The notes beneath the pieces were generated by a model that did not search any database, was not told the origin of the DNA, and saw only the letters and a program-made list of their open reading frames with translations. This document shows positions 10,528 through 19,950 of a DNA stretch of 64,000 nt, piece by piece; the stretch's first letter is position 1, and the number at the start of each line of letters is the position of its first letter. The translations under genes were made by a program, and so were the position numbers. The DNA lies in contig JBHLME010000002.1 in assembly GCA_048938445.1 (NCBI GenBank), positions 6,662-70,661 of the forward strand, read 5' to 3'. Source of the stretch: Promethearchaeota archaeon (GTDB lineage Archaea > Asgardarchaeota > Lokiarchaeia > Sigyniarchaeales > SOKP01).

Positions 10528-10707
10528 TTCTATTTCTAGACTATATTTACCTAATTTTAATTTTTTCTTTTACTAATTAATATTAAAACATTCAAAATCC
10601 GATTTATATCTAAAATAGACATATAATACTATAAGATATGAAATAAAGAAATAAAAAAATAAATATATATAATACTATTTCAATTTAATTGATTCCTACT
10701 TACATGA

Positions 10708-12000
10708 TTAGAATTCCATAATTTTATATAGTTTTCTAAAAGCCATTGCCATGATATATTGTTGAATTTGACGAGAACCACCAACGATTTCTTGAATTCT
10801 TGAAATTCCAACATAATCGTGGCTTAGTAGGTTATCACCTAGTCCCGCACCACCCATTAAGTTAGCTGCTTCATAACAGACTTCAGAAGATAAATTCGTT
10901 GCTTGGTATTTAAGTTGACTGGCTGCTGTTACCATCGCTTGTTGGATATTTCCAGGAATTGAACCACCATATTTTTCAGTTTTTTCATCAAAAGATTCAC
11001 AGAATTTTAACATGGCTAATGTTAAATTCGTTGTTTTTGCCCATAAGTCAGCAAGGGTAAAACCAACACCTTGGAATGATAATATTATTTTATCAAATTG
11101 TTTCCTTAAATTAACATAGATTCCTGCATGTGTAAGAGCACCCCAACATTGAGCAACTGCTCCGAATGCAATTCCAATTCTTTCTGGGACTAAACCTTCA
11201 AAAAGATGTTCTCGCCCCTTTCCTACTCCACCTAAGACATATTCTTTTGGAACTCTGAGATTTACCAATGTTTCTTTACCAAGATAAAGTTTAGGAACCC
11301 ATGGAATGTAGGCTCTTTGACAATTCCATCCATCCCAAGACGTGTCGATTAAAAATTGGGCCATCGTGTTACCGTTGTTTTGTTCTGCCGCAGCATAGCA
11401 AACCGCCCATTTTGCTTTAGGTGCATTGGTATTGAAAATTTTTTCTCCATTAAGGATAAAACTTCCATCTTCTTGTTCATCACAGGTTGTTAATTGATGT
11501 ACAGCATCAGAACCCCTTTCAGGTTCAGTTATCAAGATACAACCCGGAGCAATACCTGTAACTAAATCTCTCAATGCTTCTACTCTTACTGGAATGTTAT
11601 CATGATGTTCAGCAATTGGATTAACCGCTAAGACAGTAGCTCCAGCACCCATGGCAAATTGAGTATCAAAGTTATCGATGGCAAGATATCTCAAGAAATC
11701 TGCAACTGAACCATAATAATCATATGTAATATCACATGCTTCAAAATTATGGAATCTTGAGATATATCCTTCAGCACCAAAAGTGGGTATCCAATCGTAA
11801 ACATCTTCGTCAGGTCCATGAGTAATGTTATTTCTTTTTTCAAATTCAAGACAGAAATTTTGAACTTTCTTTAAAAAATCTAGTTGATGAGGTTTCAAGA
11901 TAGCCATTAAGTTCATATTAACGAAATTATATCGATTTTCCAAGCTTAATTTTCCCATTATTTCGTCGTTTATTGCTTGAGCATATTCAGATTTTGGCAT
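10708..12000 (-). CDS. Acyl-CoA dehydrogenase (paralog 1)
   Basis: ITEPERGSDA, LNGEKIF, ERIGIA, RKQF, GGAG, EIVGGSRQIQ. Confidence 0.9.
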   Translation of the reverse strand: MPKSEYAQAINDEIMGKLSLENRYNFVNMNLMAILKPHQLDFLKKVQNFCLEFEKRNNITHGPDEDVYDWIPTFGAEGYISRFHNFEACDITYDYYGSVADFLRYLAIDNFDTQFAMGAGATVLAVNPIAEHHDNIPVRVEALRDLVTGIAPGCILITEPERGSDAVHQLTTCDEQEDGSFILNGEKIFNTNAPKAKWAVCYAAAEQNNGNTMAQFLIDTSWDGWNCQRAYIPWVPKLYLGKETLVNLRVPKEYVLGGVGKGREHLFEGLVPERIGIAFGAVAQCWGALTHAGIYVNLRKQFDKIILSFQGVGFTLADLWAKTTNLTLAMLKFCESFDEKTEKYGGSIPGNIQQAMVTAASQLKYQATNLSSEVCYEAANLMGGAGLGDNLLSHDYVGISRIQEIVGGSRQIQQYIMAMAFRKLYKIMEF

Positions 12001-12078
12001 ATTTATTACTTCATATTTTTTTTTGCTAATTGAAATTTAAAAATATAATTTTACTAAATGTTCATTCATTCAAAAAGG

Positions 12079-12150
12079 TTGTTAACAATGTTAGCTAACA
12101 TTGTTTTTTTAAAAAAAAGCACTACTAAACTTGTTAACAACGTTAACTAA
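12079..12150. promoter_or_regulatory. Putative operator: 22-bp perfect palindrome plus 20-bp direct repeat
   Basis: AACAATGTTAGCTAACATTGTT (12084-12105); TTGTTAACAAyGTTArCTAA at 12079 and 12131. Confidence 0.55.
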
Positions 12151-12193
12151 TAATTAAAAAAAAAAACTTTTTGCTAAATTATTGTAAATAAAC

Positions 12194-13480
12194 TTATAGC
12201 ATTTTATATAATTTTCTAAAGGCCATGGACATAATATATTGCTGAATTTGACGGGAACCGCCAACTATTTCTTGAATTCTTGAAATTCCAAGATAATCAT
12301 GAGTTAACAAGTTATCACCTAGGCCAGCACCACCCATTAAGTTAGCAGCTTCATAACATACTTCAGAAGATAAATTCGTTGCTTGATATTTAAGTTGACT
12401 TGCTGAAGCAACCATGGCTTGTTGGATATTTGCTGGAATTGAACCACCAAACTTTTCAGTTTTTTCATCAAAAGCTTCGCAGAATTTCAACATTGCTAAT
12501 GTCAAATTTGTCGTTTTTGCCCATAAATCAGCAATGGTAAAACCAACACCTTGGAATGTTAATATAACCTTATCAAATTGTTTCCTCAAATTGACATAGA
12601 TTCCCGCATGTGCAAGAGCACCCCAGCATTGAGCGATAGCACCAAAAGCAATTCCGATTCTTTCAGGGACCAATCCTTCAAAAAGATGTTCTCGACCCTT
12701 TCCTACTCCACCCAAGACATATTCCTTTGGAACTCTGAGATTTACCAATGTTTCTTTACCAAGATAGAGTTTAGGAACCCAAGGGATATAAGCTCTTTGA
12801 CAATTCCAACCATCCCAAGACGTGTTAATTAAAAATTGGGCCATAGTGTTACCGTTATTTTGTTCTGCCGCAGCATAACAAACTGCCCATTTTGATTTAG
12901 GTGCATTAGTATTGTAAATTTTTTCACCATTAAGGATAAAACTTCCATCTTCTTGTTCATCGCAGGTTGTTAATTGATGTACAGCATCAGAACCCCTTTC
13001 AGGTTCAGTTATTAAGATACAACCAGGGGCAACACCAGTAACTAAATCTCTTAAGGCATCTACTCTTACAGGAATATTTTCATGATGTTCAACGATTGGG
13101 TTCACTGCTAAGACAGTAGCTCCAGCACCCATGGCAAATTGAGTATCAAAGTTATCAATGGCAAGATATCTCAAGAAATCTGCAACTGAACCATAGTAGT
13201 CGTAAGTAACATCACAAGCTTCAAAATTACGGAATCTTGAGATATATCCTTCAGCACCAAAAGCTGGTATCCAATCGTAAACATCTTCGTTAGGTCCATG
13301 TGTAATGTTATTTTTCTTCTCAAATCTCAAGCAGAATTTTTGGACTTTCTTTAAAAAATTAAACTGTTCAGGTTTTAAGATAGTCATTAAATTTGTATTG
13401 ACAAAACTATACCTGTTTTTCAAGCTTAATTTTTCCATAATCTCGTCGTTAATTGCTTGAGCATATTCAGATTTTGGCAT
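12194..13480 (-). CDS. Acyl-CoA dehydrogenase (paralog 2, tandem duplicate)
   Basis: Near-identical protein to 10708-12000, same motifs. Confidence 0.9.
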   Translation of the reverse strand: MPKSEYAQAINDEIMEKLSLKNRYSFVNTNLMTILKPEQFNFLKKVQKFCLRFEKKNNITHGPNEDVYDWIPAFGAEGYISRFRNFEACDVTYDYYGSVADFLRYLAIDNFDTQFAMGAGATVLAVNPIVEHHENIPVRVDALRDLVTGVAPGCILITEPERGSDAVHQLTTCDEQEDGSFILNGEKIYNTNAPKSKWAVCYAAAEQNNGNTMAQFLINTSWDGWNCQRAYIPWVPKLYLGKETLVNLRVPKEYVLGGVGKGREHLFEGLVPERIGIAFGAIAQCWGALAHAGIYVNLRKQFDKVILTFQGVGFTIADLWAKTTNLTLAMLKFCEAFDEKTEKFGGSIPANIQQAMVASASQLKYQATNLSSEVCYEAANLMGGAGLGDNLLTHDYLGISRIQEIVGGSRQIQQYIMSMAFRKLYKML

Positions 13481-13721
13481 TTTTAGTATTTCTCATATTT
13501 TTTTTTGAATTAAATGATAAATAACTATAATTTGCAAAATCAAATTTAACTCAAAAATATTATGAAAAAGGTAAATTTTAGTTTCGATAAATGAACACTT
13601 AATATTAACAAATAGTCATCTATTTTTTGAAATCATCATTAAACATAATGAAAAATTTACAATTTGAAGTATTCTATCAATTATCTTTTAATTTCATAGA
13701 ATTATAATGAATTAAATGGAA

Positions 13722-14471
13722 TTAACAAATTAATTTTCTAAGTCTCTGTGAAAATTTTTTCCCAATTATTAGACCTGTCTCAAATGGACAATTACTTTTG
13801 AATTGAACAACGGAAATGAAATTTTCATCAATTCCCACTAAATTTAATATACCAAAATCCTCTAAAGAGATAAGTTCGTTAACTTGATAATTTCCTGTGA
13901 TGAATCTCCCCTCAAGAAGTCTAATTATTTCAGAAAGAACATGAGGTTGAAGGTATGAAACAATAACCCTACCTGTTTGTGTTAGTAATGCGGAAGAAAC
14001 TACAAAAGATGAAAAAGTGTGTAATTCTCTGAAGATCATTATTAGATCTTTTTGAATATCCTCTGATACTAATTTTCTACTTTTTTCCAAGATGTTTTCA
14101 ATATTCTTTTCAAATTCAGTAAACCTTGAAATCTCACCATCAAAATTCTCTATTATGGAAGAATCATACTTTTCAATAAATTGATCCTTGATTTCCATTA
14201 ATTGATTCCTGAGTTCTACTAAATTATCTGTTCGATCACTAAACAGAGCAAATAACAATTCATCAGAAGCGATTCTTTCGATTTCAAAAATAAATCTAAA
14301 TACACCCACTTCTATTTCTGAGATCTCAGATGTTTTAAGTGTTTCCTTGACGAATGAAAAAATAGCACTTAGGAAGCTACTTGTTAATTGTACATTAAAC
14401 ACATCTTCATAAGTCTTGTAAAAAATTAGTTCTCCCGTGTTTGCTTTCATCACGAAAATACTTTTAATCAT
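13722..14471 (-). CDS. Longin-like domain plus roadblock/profilin-like domain protein
   Basis: IKSIFVM..TGELIF, LTSSFLSAIFSFVKE, F..KY...NFDGEISRF (longin pattern); second domain SSALLTQTGRVIVS. Confidence 0.65.
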   Translation of the reverse strand: MIKSIFVMKANTGELIFYKTYEDVFNVQLTSSFLSAIFSFVKETLKTSEISEIEVGVFRFIFEIERIASDELLFALFSDRTDNLVELRNQLMEIKDQFIEKYDSSIIENFDGEISRFTEFEKNIENILEKSRKLVSEDIQKDLIMIFRELHTFSSFVVSSALLTQTGRVIVSYLQPHVLSEIIRLLEGRFITGNYQVNELISLEDFGILNLVGIDENFISVVQFKSNCPFETGLIIGKKFSQRLRKLIC

Positions 14472-14605
14472 TTTTTTATAGAGTTCTCAGTAATTTGTGA
14501 ATTTGTTATTCAAATGAAAAATGTTTTTTAATTGTATAATGTATTTAAGATATTAAAATCTAAGTAATGAATAAAAAAGGATCAATGAAGGAACAAAATT
14601 TTTTA

Positions 14606-15337
14606 TTAAAATCCATCAAATTTTGACCATTCATCTTCATCATCAAATTCATCATATTCTTCAGCTTCTTCTTCATCACTACCCTCATCCTCAACTTCAG
14701 CAGCCTCTTCTTCCTCTACTTCCAATTCATCATCAAAACTTATTGCTTGATCTAAATCCGCTATTGTTGCTTCTGGAGCTACGACCTCTGGTATTGGTTC
14801 CTTTATATCTCTCTTCTTTTCTACTAATTTTAAGTAATCACCATGAATTTTAATAGTGATTGGCGTCTCTTCTTGTAAAAGTCTCACGACAACTTCTTCA
14901 CTACTTGAGGTATCATGTGGCATTCTCATCACGATTGCTCTTGAACCTTCAAAAACACCACTAATTATTTCCACGGTATCACCTACGGATATAAATTCTG
15001 TCACGCTTCTTGGAAGGAGTACGTGCTTGAGTTCAGTGAGTTTTATATTTTGGACAATCCTACCTTTAATATGTGGAATGCCTTGAACAGCAATTTGAAC
15101 GTCTCTTTTTTGAGGAGCTTCAAAAAAGATATAACCGGGCAATAAAGAACTAACAAGCATTGCTTTTATATCTGGAATGGTATCAAGAATACTAAATCTA
15201 TAGAAAATCTGTTTTAAAATATTTGCCTCTTGATTAATTGTGGTTCGAACAGCAAATAACGTTGTAAAATCCTCTATATCTTCTGTTGATGTTAAATTTT
15301 CTATATTAAACTCATTTTCTCCTTCATCATTTTCCAT
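14606..15337 (-). CDS. spt5: Transcription elongation factor Spt5/NusG with acidic extensions
   Basis: FAVRTTINQE, LPGYIFFEA, PHIKG (NGN domain); VGDTVEIISGVFEG (KOW). Confidence 0.85.
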   Translation of the reverse strand: MENDEGENEFNIENLTSTEDIEDFTTLFAVRTTINQEANILKQIFYRFSILDTIPDIKAMLVSSLLPGYIFFEAPQKRDVQIAVQGIPHIKGRIVQNIKLTELKHVLLPRSVTEFISVGDTVEIISGVFEGSRAIVMRMPHDTSSSEEVVVRLLQEETPITIKIHGDYLKLVEKKRDIKEPIPEVVAPEATIADLDQAISFDDELEVEEEEAAEVEDEGSDEEEAEEYDEFDDEDEWSKFDGF

Positions 15338-15502
15338 TTTTCATCACTTCTTGCTTATTGAATTTGATTATTTTTAATTTTGTTTTTTTATTCATTGGAA
15401 AAATAAGAACATGATAATAATGGGATTTCTATGTTAAAAATTTTACTTTTTTTTATGAATTCCCTTTTGTCTCAATATAAATTAGCAATTAGAAATTCAA
15501 GA

Positions 15503-15892
15503 TTAGAAGGAGATATTATTAATATCTAAAATTTGTGGAATTTTATTATTTCTATCAAGCCAAGCTATTTCATGGCGCATGTATCTCCATGTAATTTCAC
15601 ATTTACCGAGGTTATCTTTAGTTTCAGTTTCCCATTCCCATGGATTAATTATCACTAAGTCACCTACTCTAATCCATACTCTTTTTTTTATTTTTCCTCG
15701 AATTCGTCCTATTCTATGCTTTCCATCTTCACAAAAAACCTGCATTCTTTCATTTCCATAGATCTCTACCACTCGTCCAAACATCTCTCCCATTTTTTTA
15801 TTTGGAAATTTAACACGCGTTATTTCAGGAGTGGCATCTTGAGCACCACGTTTTTGTTTTCCTTTCTTTTCAGTTTTTTTTTTCTTTGCCAT
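15503..15892 (-). CDS. eif1a: Translation initiation factor aIF-1A
   Basis: GEMFGRV, CEDGKHRIGRIRGKIKKRVWIRVGDLV, WRY. Confidence 0.95.
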   Translation of the reverse strand: MAKKKKTEKKGKQKRGAQDATPEITRVKFPNKKMGEMFGRVVEIYGNERMQVFCEDGKHRIGRIRGKIKKRVWIRVGDLVIINPWEWETETKDNLGKCEITWRYMRHEIAWLDRNNKIPQILDINNISF

Positions 15893-15934
15893 AATTACTA
15901 TTCCAATATATATGATTAATTTAATAGTTTACCA

Positions 15935-16270
15935 TTATATCTTGTCGTCTGGCTTATAAGCGCTTTTAATGAATACAATTTTAATTGGCTTATCGGAAGG
16001 ATTTTTTATGTTATGCATCTCTTTTGGTTCTAATAAAAAAGCACTCCCTTCTGGAGCATCATGTTCTATATCATTGATTATAATGATTCCATCTCCTTCT
16101 ATGAAATAGAAAGTTTCATCAAGTTCCAGATGGCCATGAGCTTTATCTGCCATAAATTCACCAGGTTTGAGGAAAATAACACCCCAATCTATGCTGGGTC
16201 CACGCATTAAATATTTTACACCACTTTCTCCGCCTCTATATTCAAAATCATTTTCATTTACTTTTTTAAT
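15935..16270 (-). CDS. Cupin-domain protein (probable ATT start at 16270; first ATG at 16207)
   Basis: HGH..LDETFYFIEG..EPKEMH cupin motifs; frame open to an ATT 7 nt downstream of an AGGTG SD. Confidence 0.8.
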   Translation of the reverse strand: MKKVNENDFEYRGGESGVKYLMRGPSIDWGVIFLKPGEFMADKAHGHLELDETFYFIEGDGIIIINDIEHDAPEGSAFLLEPKEMHNIKNPSDKPIKIVFIKSAYKPDDKI

Positions 16271-16379
16271 AAATCGACACCTATAATCTATTTTAATTAA
16301 GATAAAATTATCTAAACATTAAATAAATATAATATTTTAGTATTTAAACCATTTTAATTCTTTTTATTGATAAGAATTA

Positions 16380-17591
16380 TTATAAAGCATTTATAAGAAT
16401 TTGCATCAATTGTTTTTTATCCGTCTCTCTTGGATTATTTTCCAATGAACTCCCTGTTGTATCCTTTACAATATCATTAAGATGTTCTTTACTAATTCCA
16501 ACATCAGATAAATGTAATGGAATGTTGATATATTCAAAAATGTCTTTTAATTTTTCAATTGCCCATTCTGCTTGCCCTTTTAATTCTTTAGGTAATACCT
16601 TCGAACAACTACCATGATCAGTAAGAATTTTTTGTTTATGAAACAGTCTTGCAATCCAAGAATAAGCTTTTACAACGGTATCTATTTCAATGTTAAATCT
16701 CATTACGTGAGGTAAAAGAAGCCCACATATTAGGCCATGAGCAATATCATGTTTTATGCCAATTGGATGGGCAAATCCATGAACTGCTCCAAGTTTACCA
16801 TTAGCAAATGAAATTGCACCTAATAAACTCCCAAGCATCATCTTTTCTCTTAAACCTATGTTAGATAAATCATCATATACAAGTGGTAAGTTTTCTCCTA
16901 ACAATTCTATTGATTTTCTCGCAAAAAAATCTGAGATGAAATTTGCACTTTTTGAAACAAGTGATTCTATAGCTTGAACTAACGCATCAGCGCCAGAATA
17001 TGCAGTGTACTTCTTTGGTAAAGATAAAGTCAATTCAGGATCTAATAACGCTAAATTTGCCCACAATCCACGAATACTCTTTTTTAATCCAGTTTGTTTA
17101 TTCTTTATGACGGAATTATTTGTAACTTCTGAGCCAGTTCCGGAAGTAGTAGGTATTAAAATAAATGGGAGCGCCGGTTGAATAAATTCTTTGCCTGCAA
17201 GATATTCTTCCACGATTCCACCATTAGTCGCGAGCCCTGCGATTCCTTTTGCTGTATCCATGACACTTCCACCACCAATGCCTATTATGATATCACATTT
17301 TTTCTCAATAACAATCTCTTTTCCTTGGTTTATAATATGCGTAGTTGGTTCTCTAATTGCTTTATCATATAGTTCTTTTGATATGTTTTTTTCTTCTAAT
17401 ATTTTAATAATTTGTTCTAAATTACCTGCTTTTTTCAAAGAGGATCCTCCAGTAACTAAAAATGCTAGGGGATTTTCTATTTTTTTATATTTTAATATAC
17501 TTTTTATCTCGGATCCCAATTCGTCAATTCTTCCTGTGCCAAAAATGATTTTGGGTGATATTAAATTAAAATTTATCTCAGTAATTTCCAT
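16380..17591 (-). CDS. Iron-containing alcohol dehydrogenase
   Basis: GIGGGSVMDTAK, PTTSGTGSEVT, DAL, HGFAH, HGLIC. Confidence 0.92.
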   Translation of the reverse strand: MEITEINFNLISPKIIFGTGRIDELGSEIKSILKYKKIENPLAFLVTGGSSLKKAGNLEQIIKILEEKNISKELYDKAIREPTTHIINQGKEIVIEKKCDIIIGIGGGSVMDTAKGIAGLATNGGIVEEYLAGKEFIQPALPFILIPTTSGTGSEVTNNSVIKNKQTGLKKSIRGLWANLALLDPELTLSLPKKYTAYSGADALVQAIESLVSKSANFISDFFARKSIELLGENLPLVYDDLSNIGLREKMMLGSLLGAISFANGKLGAVHGFAHPIGIKHDIAHGLICGLLLPHVMRFNIEIDTVVKAYSWIARLFHKQKILTDHGSCSKVLPKELKGQAEWAIEKLKDIFEYINIPLHLSDVGISKEHLNDIVKDTTGSSLENNPRETDKKQLMQILINAL

Positions 17592-17614
17592 TCTAACTCA
17601 TTGGAGCAAAATTA

Positions 17615-18070
17615 TTAGCTTCTATCTATAGATAGATATTTTTTTTGTCTTAAAAAGATTACACCAATTTTCGCATTTCTTGCTTTTTTACGTAAATCTT
17701 GATCATTAGATGCCAAAAATATATTCGATCTTTCTTCTTTAAGTTCAGTAGCCTTACGTAATAAAAACTCATCTGTAGTTTCTATTTGATCCTTTATAGA
17801 ATCATCAATTTCAATATTATATTGATTTTTATTTTTATCAAGATAGATAAGTCCTGACTCTAATTGTTTATAAAATTTAGTAGCTTTTGGTTCTCTCTCT
17901 TTTTTTGCTTCTAATTCATCAAAGATTTGTCTATACACAATAAATTTTGTTCTGCCTTCCAAACGTGAATTAATATTCTCAAGGTAGTTAATTTTGAATT
18001 GGAAAGGAAGAAAAATAAAATTAGAATCTATTATAACAAGGTTTTCATAATGAATATTTTTAGGGCTCAA
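17615..18070 (-). CDS. PIN-domain protein (Fcf1/Utp24-like, VapC9 type)
   Basis: IIDSNF, ELE, TDEFLL, ASNDQDLRKK, FLRQKKYL. Confidence 0.8.
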   Translation of the reverse strand: MSPKNIHYENLVIIDSNFIFLPFQFKINYLENINSRLEGRTKFIVYRQIFDELEAKKEREPKATKFYKQLESGLIYLDKNKNQYNIEIDDSIKDQIETTDEFLLRKATELKEERSNIFLASNDQDLRKKARNAKIGVIFLRQKKYLSIDRS

Positions 18071-18588
18071 AAAACTTGTCGCTCTAATATTTTTTTAGTT
18101 AATTTTTCAAAAGCAAAGTTAACGTTTTCACCAGATTTACTTGAAATTTTTATAAAATCAAATAAATTAAAAGCTTCTTGAAAAGATTGAGCATAATCAT
18201 CATCAACCATTATTTCTTCTGTTAAATCTAACTTTGTTCCAACAAATAACACTGGAAGATCAGGATCACCCTTCCGAACTATATTTATCCATTGCTCTAA
18301 ATTATCTAACGTTATTGGACGAGTGAGATCAAACATTAAAAGAGCACCTTTAGCCCCCAAAACGTAGCTTTCAAGGAGGAATCTAAACCGCTCTTGACCA
18401 CCAAAATCCCAAAGTTGTAGGGTTGCGGCATTTCCATCCACTTCAGTTTCTTTTAAAAAAAACTCCACTCCAATTGTCATCTTTGTTTCTGCACTGAATT
18501 TGCCTTCAACATATCTATGCAGAAGCGTGGTTTTTCCAACGCCACCTTCCCCCGCTGTTAGAATCTTCAGTATGAACTTTTTCGGCAT
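18067..18588 (-). CDS. Rab-like small GTPase
   Basis: GEGGVGKT, TIGVEF, WDFGGQERFR, GTKLD, SSK; stop overlaps the PIN gene start. Confidence 0.92.
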   Translation of the reverse strand: MPKKFILKILTAGEGGVGKTTLLHRYVEGKFSAETKMTIGVEFFLKETEVDGNAATLQLWDFGGQERFRFLLESYVLGAKGALLMFDLTRPITLDNLEQWINIVRKGDPDLPVLFVGTKLDLTEEIMVDDDYAQSFQEAFNLFDFIKISSKSGENVNFAFEKLTKKILERQVF

Positions 18589-19000
18589 CGTGTTCCTATA
18601 TCATATATGTGTTTTCTTTAAACTGAAATATAAGATAATAGATAGTTATTGTTAATATTATTATTAAAATTTTTATATCTTTTATTTCTAGGTATATAAT
18701 TTCATGTATTTTAATTTATTTTTTTAAAATAAATTAATTTTTACATGCTATCGTATTTTATTCACAGTTTATTATTTAATTTAGAAATGATAGAAGTGAT
18801 AAATAAATATTTGTTAATCAAAAAAAGTGAGATATAATAACACATATTTTTTAAGGTCAGTTTTATTTAAAAACAAAAACTCAAAAGGATTAGAGTTATT
18901 TCACAATTTATTTCTATTGAAGATAAAAATTATTTTATGTTTCGAAATCTTATAAGTAATTAAATATATTTACCGTAATGTATTCAAAAGGTGGAAAAAA

Positions 19001-19282
19001 TTGAAAAAGAAAACTCCAACAGATGAAGAATTAAATAATTTAAATGTTGAAAGCTGGGGTGTTTGGACTAAAGAACAAAGTGTCTTTCCCTGGTCTTATG
19101 ATGACGCTACTGAAACATGTTATATTTTAGAAGGAGAAGTTGAAGTTACCGATTCAGAAACGGGAGAAAAAATGAGTTTTCAGAAAGGAGATCTTGTACA
19201 ATTTCCCAAAGGATTAAAATGTGAATGGAATGTAAAAAAACCTGTTAGGAAGTACTATCATTTTGGAGATTTGGATATTTAA
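19001..19282 (+). CDS. Cupin_3/DUF861 family protein
   Basis: WGVW, FPWSYD, ETCYILEGEV, GDLVQFPKGLKCEW..PVRKYY; GGTGG SD before TTG. Confidence 0.88.
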   Translation: MKKKTPTDEELNNLNVESWGVWTKEQSVFPWSYDDATETCYILEGEVEVTDSETGEKMSFQKGDLVQFPKGLKCEWNVKKPVRKYYHFGDLDI

Positions 19283-19327
19283 TTAGAAAATTATTTTCCT
19301 TTTTTTTATAATAATTATGAAGTGTTG

Positions 19328-19864
19328 TTACTCCGCTTTTTTTCTCTGATTAATCCTATTATGCTTTATTAGAGTTTCTCTAATCGATTTAATTTCTGCT
19401 CGTGTTTCTATATCAAAATCTTTTAAACCCTCAAGAATCTCTTTTTCATTTGAACCCATACTATAGAGTTCATTAAATTTTACTATTACCTCTTTATGAT
19501 AGTAAATGTAATGTCTTTCTAGAAAAATAATCAACCATTCTTTATTTGATTGGTACTGTGTTAAATCATACATTTTTTCTTGAATTTTTTTTAATGGCTC
19601 CTTTAATTTTCTGGCAACCATTCTATCGTCAATTTTATAATGACTTTTTAAAGTTTTATTTAATTTTTTTGTAAAAAAGAGTGAATTAATATATGAAACC
19701 AAAAATGAAAATGCCAATAATAAAATCGTAATAACACATATCCAAATCGTTGCGACAGGATTAACATTTATGAAAAGTAGTGCTATTAACGCTATGGTTA
19801 AAAAGATTATTGTAATTATATGTTGTCTAAATTTTTTAATGAGTATTATGTATTTTTTTGGCAT
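19328..19864 (-). CDS. Hypothetical membrane protein (2 TM plus basic cytoplasmic domain)
   Basis: Two hydrophobic helices near the N-terminus. Confidence 0.7.
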   Translation of the reverse strand: MPKKYIILIKKFRQHIITIIFLTIALIALLFINVNPVATIWICVITILLLAFSFLVSYINSLFFTKKLNKTLKSHYKIDDRMVARKLKEPLKKIQEKMYDLTQYQSNKEWLIIFLERHYIYYHKEVIVKFNELYSMGSNEKEILEGLKDFDIETRAEIKSIRETLIKHNRINQRKKAE

Positions 19865-19950
19865 TTAATTAATCAAGTCCATTATATTTTTTTATGATTA
19901 AATGATATTAATTATTAAATAAATAAAAATTATTAGATAAGTAAAGTTAA

